64,000 bases of DNA. Origin: Callorhinchus milii (Eukaryota). The notes below the pieces were generated by a model. That model was not told where the DNA came from, did no database searches, and saw nothing but the letters and a program-made list of their open reading frames with translations. A program made the position numbers and the translations under genes. This document shows positions 49,237 to 62,999 of the stretch, in pieces. The stretch is taken from NCBI RefSeq assembly GCF_018977255.1, contig NW_024704743.1, forward strand, positions 108,688,001-108,752,000, written 5' to 3'. Position 1 is the stretch's first letter. Each line of letters starts with the position of its first letter.

Positions 49237-50509
49237 ACTGTAGGAAGAATTGTAAACTGTAATGCATTCCCCTCATTTTGAGGCCATTAATTTAAGTGAA
49301 AAAATGTTCTTCACTTCCTCAAGGTCATGAAAACAAACATAAAGAAACTGAATTGCACAAAGCATGCAAATTGGTGCTTTCCACTGCTGAGACATGCAAT
49401 GTAGGAGCAGATCGTACACTACTCCCAACATTGCATTATAGTCAATAATACACCTTAGTTTAAAACAAACAAAAATAAGAGAGCTTGCTTTTTCCAAAAA
49501 TATAATTTATTTTATCTGGTTACATTTATCTGATAATTCAAGACTACAAAACCTGAACTTAGTAACGGAGTTAGTAAATTGAGTGGCTTTAAACATTCAG
49601 ACACTTTGTCACTTTACCTGGAGAAATAAAAAAAACTGTCTACACTGAAACACGGCTGATGCCCAGCACTTGTCAAAACAAGTATCTGTCAAGAATGTCA
49701 CAGACTGTCGCAAAATGACAGTTCAGGATGTTCAAATAGATGGAGCCTCAGGAAAAAAAAAGCAGAATAGATAGGAAATGTGTGGTTCTAAAATACATCA
49801 AAGCGACTTCTGTCAACATCATGTCAACATGGGGAAAAAAAGAATTGTTCTTTTTTTACAGTTCAGTGTGCACTGTCTAGGTGACAAGAGCCCAAATAAT
49901 GAGTATAATATGCAAAAATATTCTAGCACTAGATCACTTGGGAATCTTATGGCCACTTTCTCAAAAAATCAGGTATTGCAGTATTCATATCGTACTTCTC
50001 ATGGTGCAAATCGCTGCAAAAAACCCATCGGTATGAACTGGTGCTGAGCCAGGCTTGTATCCCACCCACACCAATCAGAAGGGCAATGCCAAGCATGAGC
50101 CAGCTTCAAACACAAGCAATGCCATGGTTTAACAGTCCCGGAGATTGGAGTGGGGTCACATCTGCAGCTAATCTTTAGTTATGGACTATCTTCCTCTGTC
50201 AACTGATTGTATTGACTGCATCCATCAAGAATGTGGTAAGTAATGAGTTAATTGACACATCAAAGGCTGTAAATTTCATCCCCGTGTTATTTCTAGAGCA
50301 GTGAAGAATGCCATGTTCATTTCAGAAATTAAAGAGATGCACTGTCCACAATCTGTATCAGTCCAAAGCTGTGCAGGAATACAAGTGTTAGTCTTCTACT
50401 TGTGAAGCACTCAAGCGCTCTGGGACACTACATATAAATGCAAGCTCTTCTTGTTATTAGTGCTGTTGTTTGGAATTCTGTGCATTATATCAGGGGAAAA
50501 TCTGTCACA

Positions 50510-51361
50510 TTCCTATAGTTGAATGTGAACAAGACTGAGGCCCTCCTGATTGGCTCACACCAGTGCCTCTGCACCTCAGGCTCTGGCAGCATCAACCTCC
50601 ATGGTTGCACACTTCAACTCACCAAGCCAGTCAGGAACCTTGGTGTCTTGTTCGACCCTCAACTTTCTTTTCTTCTCCACATCCATGCCATGACCCGCTC
50701 TGCCTTCCCTCACCTCCGTAACATCGCCTGACCCGCCACTACCCCACCCCTCAGGCCGTTGAACCTCCAGGCTCGACTATGCAAACGCCCTGCTTGTCGG
50801 CCTTCCCAACTCCTCCCTCCACAGGCTGCAGATAATCCAGAACTCTGCAGCCCGTGTCCTCTCCCGCACCAAACTCCGTGACCCCATCTCTCCCATTCTC
50901 ACCCGACTCCATTGGCTCCCTATCCTTCAGAGGATCCAGTTCAAGATCCTGATCCTCACATACAAAGCCCTACATGGCCTCGCCCCTCCCTACCTCTGTG
51001 ACTTCCTAACCCCCTACCAACCCGCCCGCTCACTCCGTTCAGCCGGCTCCGGCCTGCTCCACGTCCCCCGACCCACCCGCCCCACCATTGGTGGGAGAGC
51101 CTTCAGCCACTCTGCCCCCAACCTCTTGAATTCCATCCCCCAATCACTCTGCCTCACCCCCTCCTTAGCCTCCTTCAAGTCCCACCTCAAAACCCTCCTC
51201 TTCGACCATGCCATCGGCCACCCCCCTTCCCCTCCCTTCTCCCCCCTGACCCCAGCTCAGGTCTAAAATGCTGTACACTGTCCAGCGCCTTGGGACATCC
51301 TCCCAACGTAAAAGGCGCTATACAAATGTAATCTTGTTGTTATTCTTGTTGTTGTTGTTGT
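50510..51361 (+). mobile_element. L2 LINE 3' fragment
   Basis: LNVNKTEALLIGS...VRNLGVLFDPQLSF; stem-loop and (TTG)n tail. Confidence 0.92.
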
Positions 51362-52054
51362 GGTACCTCAATACAATACCTTCAGGTTGTGGGTTCAAGG
51401 TCCACGCTAGTTTAGGCTAAGAAAGAAGTTTCTCCTGGTACCCTTGGCCAACAATCGTCCAGATAAAATTGATCACTCACTTCATGGCCATTTGTGGGAC
51501 ATTGCCCTGACTGTTCGGCGCTTTGGGACATCCTCCTGACGTAAAAGGAGCTATACAAATGTACGTTGTTTTTATTGTTGCTTCGCGTAAATTGATTGCA
51601 AAGTTCACCCAGCAATACACAGTCACTACACTTTACAAAAAAATGAGTTAAAGGCTTTGAGACAGTGATTTAATATGGCACAAAACCAAATGCAATTACT
51701 TTTATTTGATTGTCAAATGAACTTGAAGAAGAAATGTAAAGAATGCTGAAGTTGCCATAATTCTAACTAATGACCATAACTACAACATCAGAAACTTGAA
51801 ACTGAGCTCCATGTTCCTTTGCCTCCCACATAGGATAAGAAGTTTGATGTATGAAGAGTTAGCCGCAGTGCTACAACAGCCTCACAATCTCGGCCTGCCC
51901 ACCTGCCTGCACTGCCTGCCTGTACGCACGCACATAAGAGCAGGTCAAATAAGTATACATCTCAATCTCAATCAAAAATGCAAATTCATCTACTTCATCC
52001 CGTAGAAATGGCTCAAAGGCATATCATCAAAGTACACTATTCTGGACCGAACAT

Positions 52055-52791
52055 CCGGCCAGTCCGGAACCTTGGCATCTTGTTTGACCATCAACTATCC
52101 GTTCTACCCCACATCCGTGCCATGACTTGCTCTGCCTTCCCACACCTCCACAACATCGCTCAGCTCCGCCAATGTCTCACACCCCCATACACGCATTCAT
52201 AACATCCAGGTTTGACCATGAAAACTCCCTGCTTGTTGGCCTCGCTAACTCCTCCCTCCATAGGCTGCAGATCATCCAGAACTCTACAGCCTGTGTCCTC
52301 TCTCTCACCAGGTTCTGTGACCCTATCACCCCAATCCTTGCCTGACTCCACTGGCTTCCCATCACACAGGTGGTACAGTTCAAGATACTGTTTTTCACCT
52401 TCAAAGCCCTCCACGACCTTACTCCGCACTACCTCTGCGACCTCCTAACCCCCTATCAACCTGTGCGCTCCCTCCGCTCAGCGGACTCCGGCCTGCTTCA
52501 CGTCCTCCACCTCGCCCACCCCACTATTGGCGGACAGGCCTTCAGCCACTCTGCCCCCACCCCTTGGAACTCCATCCCACAGTCCCTCTGCCTCGCCCCC
52601 TCCGTTGCCTCCTTCAAGACCCATCTCAAGATCCTCCTCTTTGATCATGCCTTTGATTACCTTCCTTCCCCCCTGGCCTTCACCCTCCCCAATCTGCAGC
52701 TCAGATCCGAAATACTGATTGTCCAGTGCCTTGGGACGTCCTCCCGACGTGAAAGGCGCTATAGAAATGTAATTTTGTTGCTGTTGTTGTT
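52055..52791 (+). mobile_element. L2 LINE 3' fragment
   Basis: VRNLGILFD, LQIIQNSTA, FKALHDLTP, IGGQAFS; (TTG)n tail. Confidence 0.92.
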
Positions 52792-54849
52792 AACCCTGCA
52801 AGCGAAAGCCCTAATGAGTAAGGTGATCCTTATTGGACAAGCAAGCGGGAAGTTTACTTTACAGTGGTTTCAATGACATGCTATGTGGTTTTATTTGGTT
52901 AAAATCCAGCATTATCCCAACACACATGTAGTAAACACAATTAAGTACTGGAGTACTGTTGGCATTTAAACAGCTAAAGCAGCACAGTTTATAATCGAGA
53001 ATTCTGGCAAGCTTTCCACTTCTTATCAGACTAGGACCACTTTACCTGTTAGTATTTTAGTTAGCAGGATTAACAGGAGATGAGGGAGAAGAATCCCAGT
53101 TATCAGTAATTGATCTGCCCCCCTCGAAGTACCATAAATGAGCCAGGCCAGCTGGCCTGTCAAAACAATTCATTAGAGTACTGCAACCCCACTTGGCTCA
53201 GAAACCAGACGAGTGAGACCACCACCGAGGATTGACTTGATTCTAATCCTCCATTTCCAGGTTTCTTTTATTGGAACCAATTCAGGCCCAAAGATATCTC
53301 TCCCAAAGAGGATAGTCATTAGTTGGTCATCAGACATCCAACAAGTTTTGAGCTCTTAACATTTGGGTATCAGGCACCATGAACTCTCTGTGAGTCACAT
53401 GGTGAGAAGCACAACACAGCATAAAATGTGTGAGAGCTTTGCCACCGTTCTCTTGCCCATAGACCTGACATGCACCCCAACCCATTGAGCAATGGTTCCA
53501 CTAGTTGAAGGTATGGAGCTTCAGCGGCAACCATTTATCTCTCCACATACCAATCAAGGCGGATAACAAGTCCTGATTATATGAATGTGTGTTGATGAGC
53601 AACTAATATGGCCCAAAATTTTAAAACATCCAACAGTTGTACGCATTATCTATATGCATGGGTGTTCATCTTTCAATGTACAGTCACTACACTTTACAGT
53701 AAATCTTAGAAGCACTTTGAGATGCTTTGACAATGTGCTAAATTGCTATATCAAATATAAGTATGATTATTATTATAGTAATAATACTCCAAAATTAGTT
53801 ATCTGTAAGCAATTTGCTAATGGGTGAAGATGTTAAAAATATCACCCACATTGTGCTTCAAATTGATACGAAACAGAATATAACACTGAAATATAACCCA
53901 CAGACATTATTATGTTCAAAGTTTACATGGGAGAGACTTACACCCTCTTCAAACAAACTAAGACCTTCCTCCCCTCCTGGTTAGATATAATAATACCCAC
54001 TTGCACTACATTGAGGAACATTGAAAGGTGGAAAGACTCAGGGCATCACATAGGGTCAATATCCAATGTAGAGCAATGTAGAGGAATGCTTAATGACAAT
54101 GGCAACATCTGGACTGAAGCAATCACTCCAGCTCTGGTCAAGGTTGCCATCAATCTGTCACAGGGTTTTCACTGGTGCTTGCATAAATTTAGCATGAAAA
54201 TCTTTAGAGCAACCAAATTGCTCATCAACTTGGCTGGATGTCATGAAAATGTGTCAGACACATTCTGCATCACATTGGACCTCTAAGTTGAGAGACATCT
54301 GGTGTTCCCAATATTTAAACATTACAATTTAAATGCAATATTCAGTTCGAATATTTAGAAAACATTGTAAGCAACAGCAACCAAGATGATTAGAAAATTT
54401 GCAGATACTGTAAAATTTACGCCAACATTCCTTCAATGGATCACACTGTGCCTGGATTACAGGGAACTGAATGTCTTCCTATCCTGACAAACGTATTGAA
54501 AATCCAACAAGCAGAGCTGATGGCTTAAGATCTTATCTTAAGTTCTGGTATTTGCACAATAGTTGAATACAATATTAACACTATTGGTAAGACTTATGCT
54601 GACTAAATTATATTTCTGCATCTTCCTTTAAATCATTATAAGTGTTTGCCAAAAATACACAGCCACTATGCAACACAGTAAAATTCTGTGAAATGCTTTG
54701 AGACATCTCAACCATGCAACTCAATGCTCCGAGATGCTACCCCATGTGAAGTTGTTGTTAAGAAGCTATATCAAATGCAAGGATCATTATTATTACTTAT
54801 CACAAGAGAAGTTTGGATACACATGTATTTTAAAAACCCATCTAATCTC

Positions 54850-55320
54850 ATCCTTCCAGAATGCCATCCCAAGGCACTGTACAGTCTAAAGTTTGCACCT
54901 GAGTTAGGGGTGGGGAAGGAGGAGAGAAAGATGGCTGAAAGCATGGTCAATGGGGAAAATCTTGAGGCAGACTAGGCAAGGGGCGAATTGAAGGGACTCT
55001 GAGATGGAATTCCAGAGCTTGGGGCCAGAAAGGCTGAAAACTCACCTGCGAATGGTGGAGCAGGTGGGGCAACAACAACTTGCATCTCTAAAGCGCCCCT
55101 CACACAGGGCAGCGTCCCAGAAACTAGGGCAGAGGACATGAAGCAGGTTGGTGTCTGCTGAGCAGAGGGATAGACTTGAATTTGATCCGCTGGGGAATTA
55201 GTGCGAGAAAAGATACAAGCTGCAGAGTTCTGGATAGTGTGAAGCTTGTGAAGGGAAGAAACAGGTAATCCGGCGATCAGAGAGTTAGTGTAATCTAGCC
55301 TGGACATGATGAAAGCATGG
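54850..55320 (-). mobile_element. Old, degenerate L2 3' fragment
   Basis: HAFIMSRLDYTNSLIAGLP...IQNSAA in ORF 54972..55382. Confidence 0.7.
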
Positions 55321-55836
55321 AATAAGGTGTGATCTCTTACTCTGCTCTCTTGGTGTATCTGAAAAAGTATATGCATTAACATCTACAAAAGACTTGCCCA
55401 GAAAAAAAATTAAAATGGAGCCGAGAACAACAAAGAGCATATCTTGTCTTTTTGAAGCTATAATAATAATCGTTACATTTGGTATAGCGCCTTTCATGTC
55501 AGGAGAACATCCCAAAACATTATAATTTGGGCACCATCATTGCCTTCAGCTGTGCTGAGCAACAGGACCCACAGCAACAGGCTCCATGTCTAGACTGGGC
55601 ATCTTCAAAATGTGAGTGATACAATCTCCCTCAGTAAAATGTAGGAATTAAATTATTTTTTGAAGATTTTAGCTTCATTATGCTCCAATTATACGATATA
55701 TCAAAAGGGGAAAAGTTAGGTAAGCTGAGGAAAGACTGATCAAAGTTTGGAGTGAGCCAAATTAAAAAAAAAGGATACAATTAGACACACAGCATTGGGT
55801 AGAAATTCTACCAGGGTCTAGATTTACTATATTCAT

Positions 55837-56108
55837 GGAGTCCTGTAGCTCAGTGGTTAGAGCACTCGCTTTGCAAGTTTCCTTACTCCACACGCCTAAT
55901 AATAATCCCTCCAAAAAAACAAAACAATAATAAATTGGTCATTTTCAATCTACGACTGTTTGTGGGACATTGATGTGCGCAATTGGCTGCCGCGTTCGTC
56001 CACAAATATACAGTCAATTCACTTTACAGTGTGTTCTGTGAAGCGCTTTGGGACGTCCTCCCGACGTGAAAAGCGCTATATCAAATGCAAGGATTATTAT
56101 TATTATTA
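55837..56108 (+). mobile_element. Young SINE with a 46-bp internal deletion
   Basis: Head reads ...ctttgcaag|tttcctt; the B-box segment is missing. Confidence 0.9.
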
Positions 56109-56161
56109 AGTCTGAAGTCAGTTTTCTATCGTACTTAAAACATAGAAAATTGGATTTAAAA

Positions 56162-58942
56162 TTATAGAATTATAGAATCATAGAATGTTACGGCACAGAA
56201 GGAGGCCATTCGGCCCATCGAGACTGTGCCGGCTCTTTGACAGAGCAACTGACTTTTATTAACCCCACTCACCAGCTTTCTCCCCATAACACTGCAAACC
56301 TGTCTTCTCCAGATAGCTATCCAGTTCTCTCTTAAAAGCTGTTATCGAATCGGACTTCACTGCCCTTTCAGGCAGATCATTCCAAATTCTAATAACTCGC
56401 TGAGTGAAAAAAATTCTTCTAACCTCCCCTCTGCTTATTTTGGTAGATATCTTAAGACTGTAACCATGAGTCACAGACACACCTACCAGCGGAACAGCTT
56501 TTCGTGGAGTCCTGTAGCTCAGTGGTTAGAGCACTCGCTTTGCAAACGAGAGACCTGAGTTCAATTCCAGGCAGGGCCAAACCTTGGGCAAGTTTCCTTA
56601 CTCTACACGCCTAATAATAATCCCTCCAAAAACAATAATAAATTGGTCATTTTCAATCTACGACTGTTTGTGGGACATTGCTGTGCACAATTGGCTGCCG
56701 CGTTCGCCCACAAATATACAGTCAATTCACTTTACAGTGTGTTCTGTGAAGCGCTTTGGGACGTCCTCCCGACGTGAAAAGCGCTACATCAAATGCAAGG
56801 ATTATTATTATTATTATTATTTTCCCTATCTAACCTGTCGAAACCTTTCATGATTTTGAAGACCTCTATCAGGTCCTCGCATAAGCTTCTCTGCTCTAAT
56901 GGGAAAAGTCCTAACTTTTCCAGCCTGTCCTCATAGCTAAGCTTCCCCATTCCTGGTATCATTCTCGTGAATCTCCTCTGCACCCTTTCCAGTGCCTCAA
57001 TATCCTTCCTGAGGTAAGGTGCTCAGAACTGGACGCAGTACTCCAGCTGAGGCCTAACCAGTATTTTGTACAGATTAGGCATAACCTGCCTACTCTTATA
57101 CTCTATGCCCCTACTAATGAAGCTCAGTACACCAAATGCCCTTTTTACTGCCCTATCTACCTGCTCTGCCACCTTCAATGAATCGCTTACTTGAACGCCC
57201 AGATCTCTCTGTATGTTCACCCCCCTTAAGATTGAGCTACCAAGCCTATATTGCCTCCTATCATTTTTCCTACCTAAGTGTATCACCTCGCACTTATCTA
57301 CATTGAAATCCATCTGCCACATGTCAGCCCATTCCACCATTCTGTGTATGTCTGCCTGCAGTCCGTCACAATCTTCTTCACTATTTACTACCCTACCTAA
57401 CTTGGTATCATCTGCAAACTTGGAAATAGTGCTCCCTATGCCCAAGTCCAGATCATTAATATATATTAGAAAGAGCAGTGGTCCCAATACCGATCCCTGG
57501 GGGACACCGCTGCACACCTCCTTCCATTGCGAGAAACACCCATTAACCACCACCCTCTGCATTCTGTCACTCAGCCAGTTCCTAATCCAAACGGCTACTG
57601 TCCCCTTAATACCGTGGGCCTCCAGTTTTTTTATTAACCTCTTATGCGGTACTGTGTCAAAAGCCTTTTTAAAATCCATGTAAATAATGTCCACCGCATT
57701 TCCCTCATCAACCCTCGCAGTCACCTCTTCAAAAAATTCTATTAGATTTGTTAGGCAAGATTTGCCTTTAACAAATCCATGTTGGCTGTCTCTAATTACC
57801 TCGTGTTCCTCTAAGTAGAGATTTATTTTGTCCCGGATTACGGTCTCCAGTAGCTTTCCTATTACCGAAGTTAGGCTGACTGGCCTGTAATTTCCGGGCT
57901 TGTCTTTCTGCCCCTTTTTGTAGAGTGGGGTAACATTAGCCACTCTCCAGTCTCTTGGCACCACTCCTGTGTCCAATGATGATTGAAATATAATGGCCAA
58001 AGCCTCCGCTATTTGAACCCGTATCTCCCACAGCAACCTTGGGTGAAACCCATCTGGTCCTGGTGACTTATCAATTTTGAGCCCAGTCAATCTTTTCAGA
58101 ACTTCCTCTCTGTCTATAGTAATCTGATCTATGTCCTCTACCCTGTCATCCAATACTGTGTCATTTGGGGCATCCGTTTCCGTTGTGAAGACAGATACAA
58201 AGTACTCGTTTAATACATCAGCCATGCCCTCTGCCTCCACAACAAGATTGCCGTCACTGTCTTTGATTGGCCCCACCCTACCTTTAACTAATCTTTTTTC
58301 CTTTATGTGCTTATAAAATATTTTAGGATTCCCCTTTATGTTACCCGCTAACCTCTTCTCATGCGATCTTTTAGCCTGTCTTATTGCTCTTTTAAGATCA
58401 CTCCTGCATTCTCTATAATGCGCTTTGCTATCCTCAGTGTCTTGCATCCGCCAATTGTTGTACGCCATCTTCTTCTTTTTCATCCTAGACAGAATATCCC
58501 TGGTCATCCAAGCAGGCTTGGTTCTCGCACATTTCCCTTTTGTGGGAATATATCTATTTAGACCCTGAGCTATCGTATCTTTGAAGATTTCCCATTGCTC
58601 ATGAGTCGTTTTACCTGCCATTCTTACTTGCCAGTCCACCAACTCTAGGTCCCTCTTTAGCCCATCAAAATTAGCTCTTTTCCAGTCAAGCATTTTCACC
58701 CTTGACTGTACTTTGTCCTTGTTCATGAGTAATCTAAATCTAATAATATTATGGTCACTGTTACCTAGATGCTCCCCTACCGAAACTTGTTCAACCTGAC
58801 CTACTTCATTTCCTAGGACAAGATCCAGCAAAGCTTCCTTCCTTGTAGGACTGGAGACATACTGTTCAAGAAAATTTTCCTGTACACAGTTGATGAATCT
58901 TTCTCCTGCCTTGCCCTTAACGCTGCTATTTTGCCAATCTAC
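56162..58942 (-). mobile_element. CR1-clade LINE, 5'-truncated, with a long open ORF2 (602 aa) and a nested SINE
   Basis: ORF 57023..58831 with LDLVL, SDHNII, SPGPDG, PGNYRPVSLTS, DFKKAFD, SGVPQGSVLGP and KFADD; octamer-like tail (atagaatt/atagaatc) at 56163-56186. Confidence 0.96.
56504..56820 (+). mobile_element. Young SINE inserted in CR1 ORF2
   Basis: Full-length copy with an apparent TTTTC target duplication (56499-56503 and 56820-56824). Confidence 0.92.
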
Positions 58943-59217
58943 GCCTGTGTTAAAAATTTATCAAGTTCTGGAAACTCTAAAATGCAACTTAACTTTTTGC
59001 CCAGGTGGAATGTCTCCTCAGTTGGGCAGCAGGAATTTGTAGCCTCAATGAAAAAACAAGAAAAAGAACACTTTAGAATCCAAAGGGCAGCAAGTTTACG
59101 CAGACAGAAATGCAAAGCCTACACCAGCATGGAAGCACTATAACTTGATTACACTGAGGTTACACATATACTGTTCGGGGGAATAGTAGCCAAACATCAC
59201 TGTCCATCAACACATTC

Positions 59218-59522
59218 TAATAATAATAATCCTTTGCATATATTGTAATGTAGATTGACTGTGTATTTTTTGGCGAACAGAGGCAACCAATTGCGCACAG
59301 CAGTGTCCCACAAACAGCCGTGGACTGAGTGCTCAATTTTATTTTTGAGGGATTATACACTGGACAGTGATCCGCCAATCGACTAACAACCAGATTTCTA
59401 CTTACTGCTAGGTAAACAGAAGTGTGGGAGTAAGGGCTTAAGGTTTTACCCCACCCTGGAATCAAACCCAGGTCCTCTCGTTTGCGCGGTAAGAGTGCTA
59501 ACCACCATGCTACTGGACTCTA
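59218..59522 (-). mobile_element. tRNA-head SINE, longer subfamily
   Basis: Reverse copy with the extra segment (tcgactaacaaccagatttctacttactgctaggtaaacag). Confidence 0.75.
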
Positions 59523-61968
59523 CATGGGTTTAAGGCCTAATTAAGCTTTAGTGCAATGCCAGTCAATTTCAATGAACTCTGCAAACTTACTTTAGAAGAA
59601 CTCATGCACAAATGAGACAGATGTGTTAATGCTTTAAACACACTGATCTATACAACAACAATACTGTTGCTCAGTGACTGTGGACTATTCCTGATCTTGA
59701 TTCCACATCAATGTCTACTGTAAGGTCATTAAAATCGTTGCAAAGAACTGAATGAGAATTTTGACATGAGGAAGATTTACACAATAGGAAGATGTTGGAA
59801 AGTCCGAGCTGATAGGTACTCCTTGTGTTCATATTGTTTTGTTTCCCCTGAACTGTAGTTGTTTATTCTGTCAGTATTAATCATCTGACCTCTGTTTTTG
59901 CAGTGAGAAGATTTTCAAGTCTCTCAGTGACAGTCTGCAGTGAAGAAAAAGTATGCATGTCAGAATCATTTCTGGTCAAAAATGTGAATGTAATGCTGAG
60001 ATCTGTGATGTGTCTGTGTCAATCCTGCCTCTGGTGTTGACTCACAACAGCACTTTCACATTTCACACAGTTCATTCTGTCTCTGTAATAACAGTACCCG
60101 TTAGGTTCCTTCAACTGTCGCTGACGGAGACGATTCGACAGGCTGCTGTTGTACTGCTGTCCATGTGTATGCAATTCTGCAGGGAGTTGCTGAGCATATG
60201 TACATGGCAAAGACGGAGAGGGAAGAGAGCCTTTGCCAACGCAGCCAAAATACATCCATAACCCGTACCACATCTGGCAACCTTCACTGTCTCAGTGCCT
60301 GTGTTGAAAAGTCCAGTTACGGCGACACTCCACATTATGCAGATGAACGCATCCATCCAGCCTCAAATAAAAGCATCTCTGACAATAATGATTTTGTATT
60401 TGGTGACTGAAGCAAACAAACACAGAATTTGTTCAGCAATAGAGTCACTTGCATCTCTTTAGCAGCGAAAGGCAGTGTTCCTGTGCCACCTTAGGTTCTT
60501 CAATGGAAATACCTACATTAATCCCATTTCCTTGCTCTTTCCCTAAACTCTTGTCTTTATCTTTCAAGTGTTTTGTGAAATTATGTAATTTATTTGGCTT
60601 CAGTAGTCACTTGAGAATACACATTCCACACTGTTCATGTGTGTGTGTAAAAAGATTCAACACTTGGGGTCGTTATCCTAGATGAAGGCGTTATATAAAT
60701 GCAAGAAGTCAATGCTGTTCTAAACTTTTTTTCTGCTTCTAGTAATATTTTAGAGTTTATATCTCCATTTTGATGATTGATGAACTGGTGGAAATAGGCT
60801 CATTTTTTACTAACCATCTTAAATCCTTTCATAATTTTGAACTCTTTTCAATTAGATAAGAACATAAGAAATGCTAGATGAAAAAAGATGAAGGTCCATC
60901 TAGTTCGCCATCCACCTTCATGGCGATTGCATGCTACACATGTCCCAAACTACCTATGTACTAGATCTCTGCATCATCTAATTTGCTCCAAAGTGTCTGG
61001 TTACAGACAATGTGACTGGTTACAGACAATTTGGGTTTAAACAGAATCCTCCCGATATGAAAGGTGCTACATAAATGTAAATTTGTATTGTATTGTAATA
61101 TAATACAAAGCAACATAGGAATGGATGGGAATCCAGAGGAACAGTGCAGACTATGTAAGTAAACTAAAGTAAAAATCCACAGACCATTCTGTGTCTCACA
61201 CTACTCAAATCAATTTGTTCACCAAACAGCTTTCTAACTCCCTCTTAGATTGTCTGACACAATCAGCTTGCATCATCTCCCTAGAAAGCCTATTCCACAT
61301 ATTAAACGCTTTCTGTGTAAACTAACTTAATCTGATCTGTCTGTTCACCCTCCCTCAACTGAGCTTCAGTCTGTGCCCCCTGTTCTGGATTCTTTGGCAT
61401 GTTTAAACATTACAGCAATGCAGTTTAGTTTATCGATACCGGTTACTCCTTAAATAGGGTATTCCCTAAGCTTTTTCTTTTGTGGTGTGTACATTCTCAC
61501 CTTCTTCAGCGGCTTCTCAAAACTCAGGGGCCTAATTCCATTTGTTGTCTTTCGCTGGATCGCCTCGATGTGAAGGTGCCCTTACTGTAAAGTGGCAATC
61601 ATAATTATCCCCAGAAATCCAGTGCGGTGGTGAATGGTTTCGCATCACGATCAAGAATCTCAGACCTCTTTTTTTAAAAGTCAGCCAGGTATCTGACGCA
61701 TGTGGAATCCCAATCTCAAGTTTAAGAATAACCAATCCAAAATGAGTTTCCTGCATCCCACCAACACATGAAAATTGGTGTGTTTGGAATGGAATTCACA
61801 CTTTCCCTAGAGGGTCGCAACCTGCAATAGATCCTTTGTAGTCACTGCACTGCTTGCAAATGGCCATTGAGGAGGCCATGCATTCATCAAGAGTTCAGTG
61901 GATCCCAACAAAGGATGTGTGCACGTTGTGTTACTTCCATTTCCATCATAGCTGCTGGCACTGGACAT

Positions 61969-62290
61969 GTAGTCCTGTAGCTCAGTGGTTAGAGCACTCG
62001 CCCTGCAAGCGAGAGACCTGAGTTCAATTCCAGGCAGGGCGAAACCTTGGGCAAGTTTCCTTACTCCACACGCCTAATAATAATCCCTCCAAAAACAAAA
62101 ACAATAATAAAATTGGTCATTTTCAATCTACGACTGTTTGTGGGACATTGCTGTGCGCAATTGGCTGCCGCGATCGCCCAAAAATATACAGTCAATTCAC
62201 TTTACAGTGTGTTCTGTGAAGTGCTTTGGGACGTCCTCCCAACGTGAAAAGCGCAATATCAAATGCAAGGATTATTATTATTATTATTAT
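61969..62290 (+). mobile_element. Young tRNA-like SINE, full length
   Basis: Same family as 7523-7838, with (TTA)n tail. Confidence 0.92.
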
Positions 62291-62999
62291 GTAGAACCTC
62301 AAATACAAACCACTAACATTTTCTGAGTTGTAGACAGTGATGAATGATAAATTTGTGTAAGATTCCTTATAATAGGATCCTATATCAGATCACTCGTATT
62401 GTTTTGTGTCTAAATCAACTCCATAAGGTAAATTTCCACAGACACTTAGCAATGATACACGTATATTCCGATCAAAAGTCAAGTGCTCTGAACTATATCA
62501 TTAATGAATTGTGCTAAAGTTGTAGAAGGCTAAGAAAATAATTCAGACTTTTAGCCCTTTGGCAAAGGTATGAGTTTACTTTTAACTAAGCTTGGTTATG
62601 GAAGTCATTCTGACACAAGCTATCATATTGAGATGATTGTAGTGTCATTATTGACTTGGAACCACTTGACAGCAAGGATGTGTTGACTGCGTAACTGAGG
62701 TAATTATGTACTTTAGCTTTGGAATTGGACTAATGCGGAAAGGAAAGATAAAAACGACAGGTTTACAGTGCATCTGCTAACTCAGGCTTACTCCCCTGCT
62801 CTTCTGCGCCATTATCAGCAAGCGAGCTTTCAGCTAACACACCCCTAAACTCTGGAACTCCCATCTCATTCTGCCTTTAATTCTCACTTTAAAACTTATC
62901 TCTTTGACAACAATGGCCCTTTACCTTCCCCACTTGCTCTGCATCCAAACCCATCATTGTCAACCACTCCCAAGATATTTTCCTACATAAATGCAAGAT

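Noticed and set aside
55390..55440. Hydrophobic MLFVVLGSILIFFLGK as CYP7B1 exon 1
   Set aside because: No phase-2 GT donor or basic RRR linker; it sits between repeat remnants.
60098..60298. Minus-strand exon with an in-frame TGA (H-U-DSEGCQMWYG...) as a possible selenoprotein, joined to 63650-63781 and 47731-47821
   Set aside because: No recognisable selenoprotein family, weak donor (gtactg), and no SECIS-like stem visible downstream of 47731; most likely chance.
60997..61030. 15-bp direct repeat ctggttacagacaat
   Set aside because: Two-copy local duplication with a 4-nt spacer; not an array, and no inserted element.
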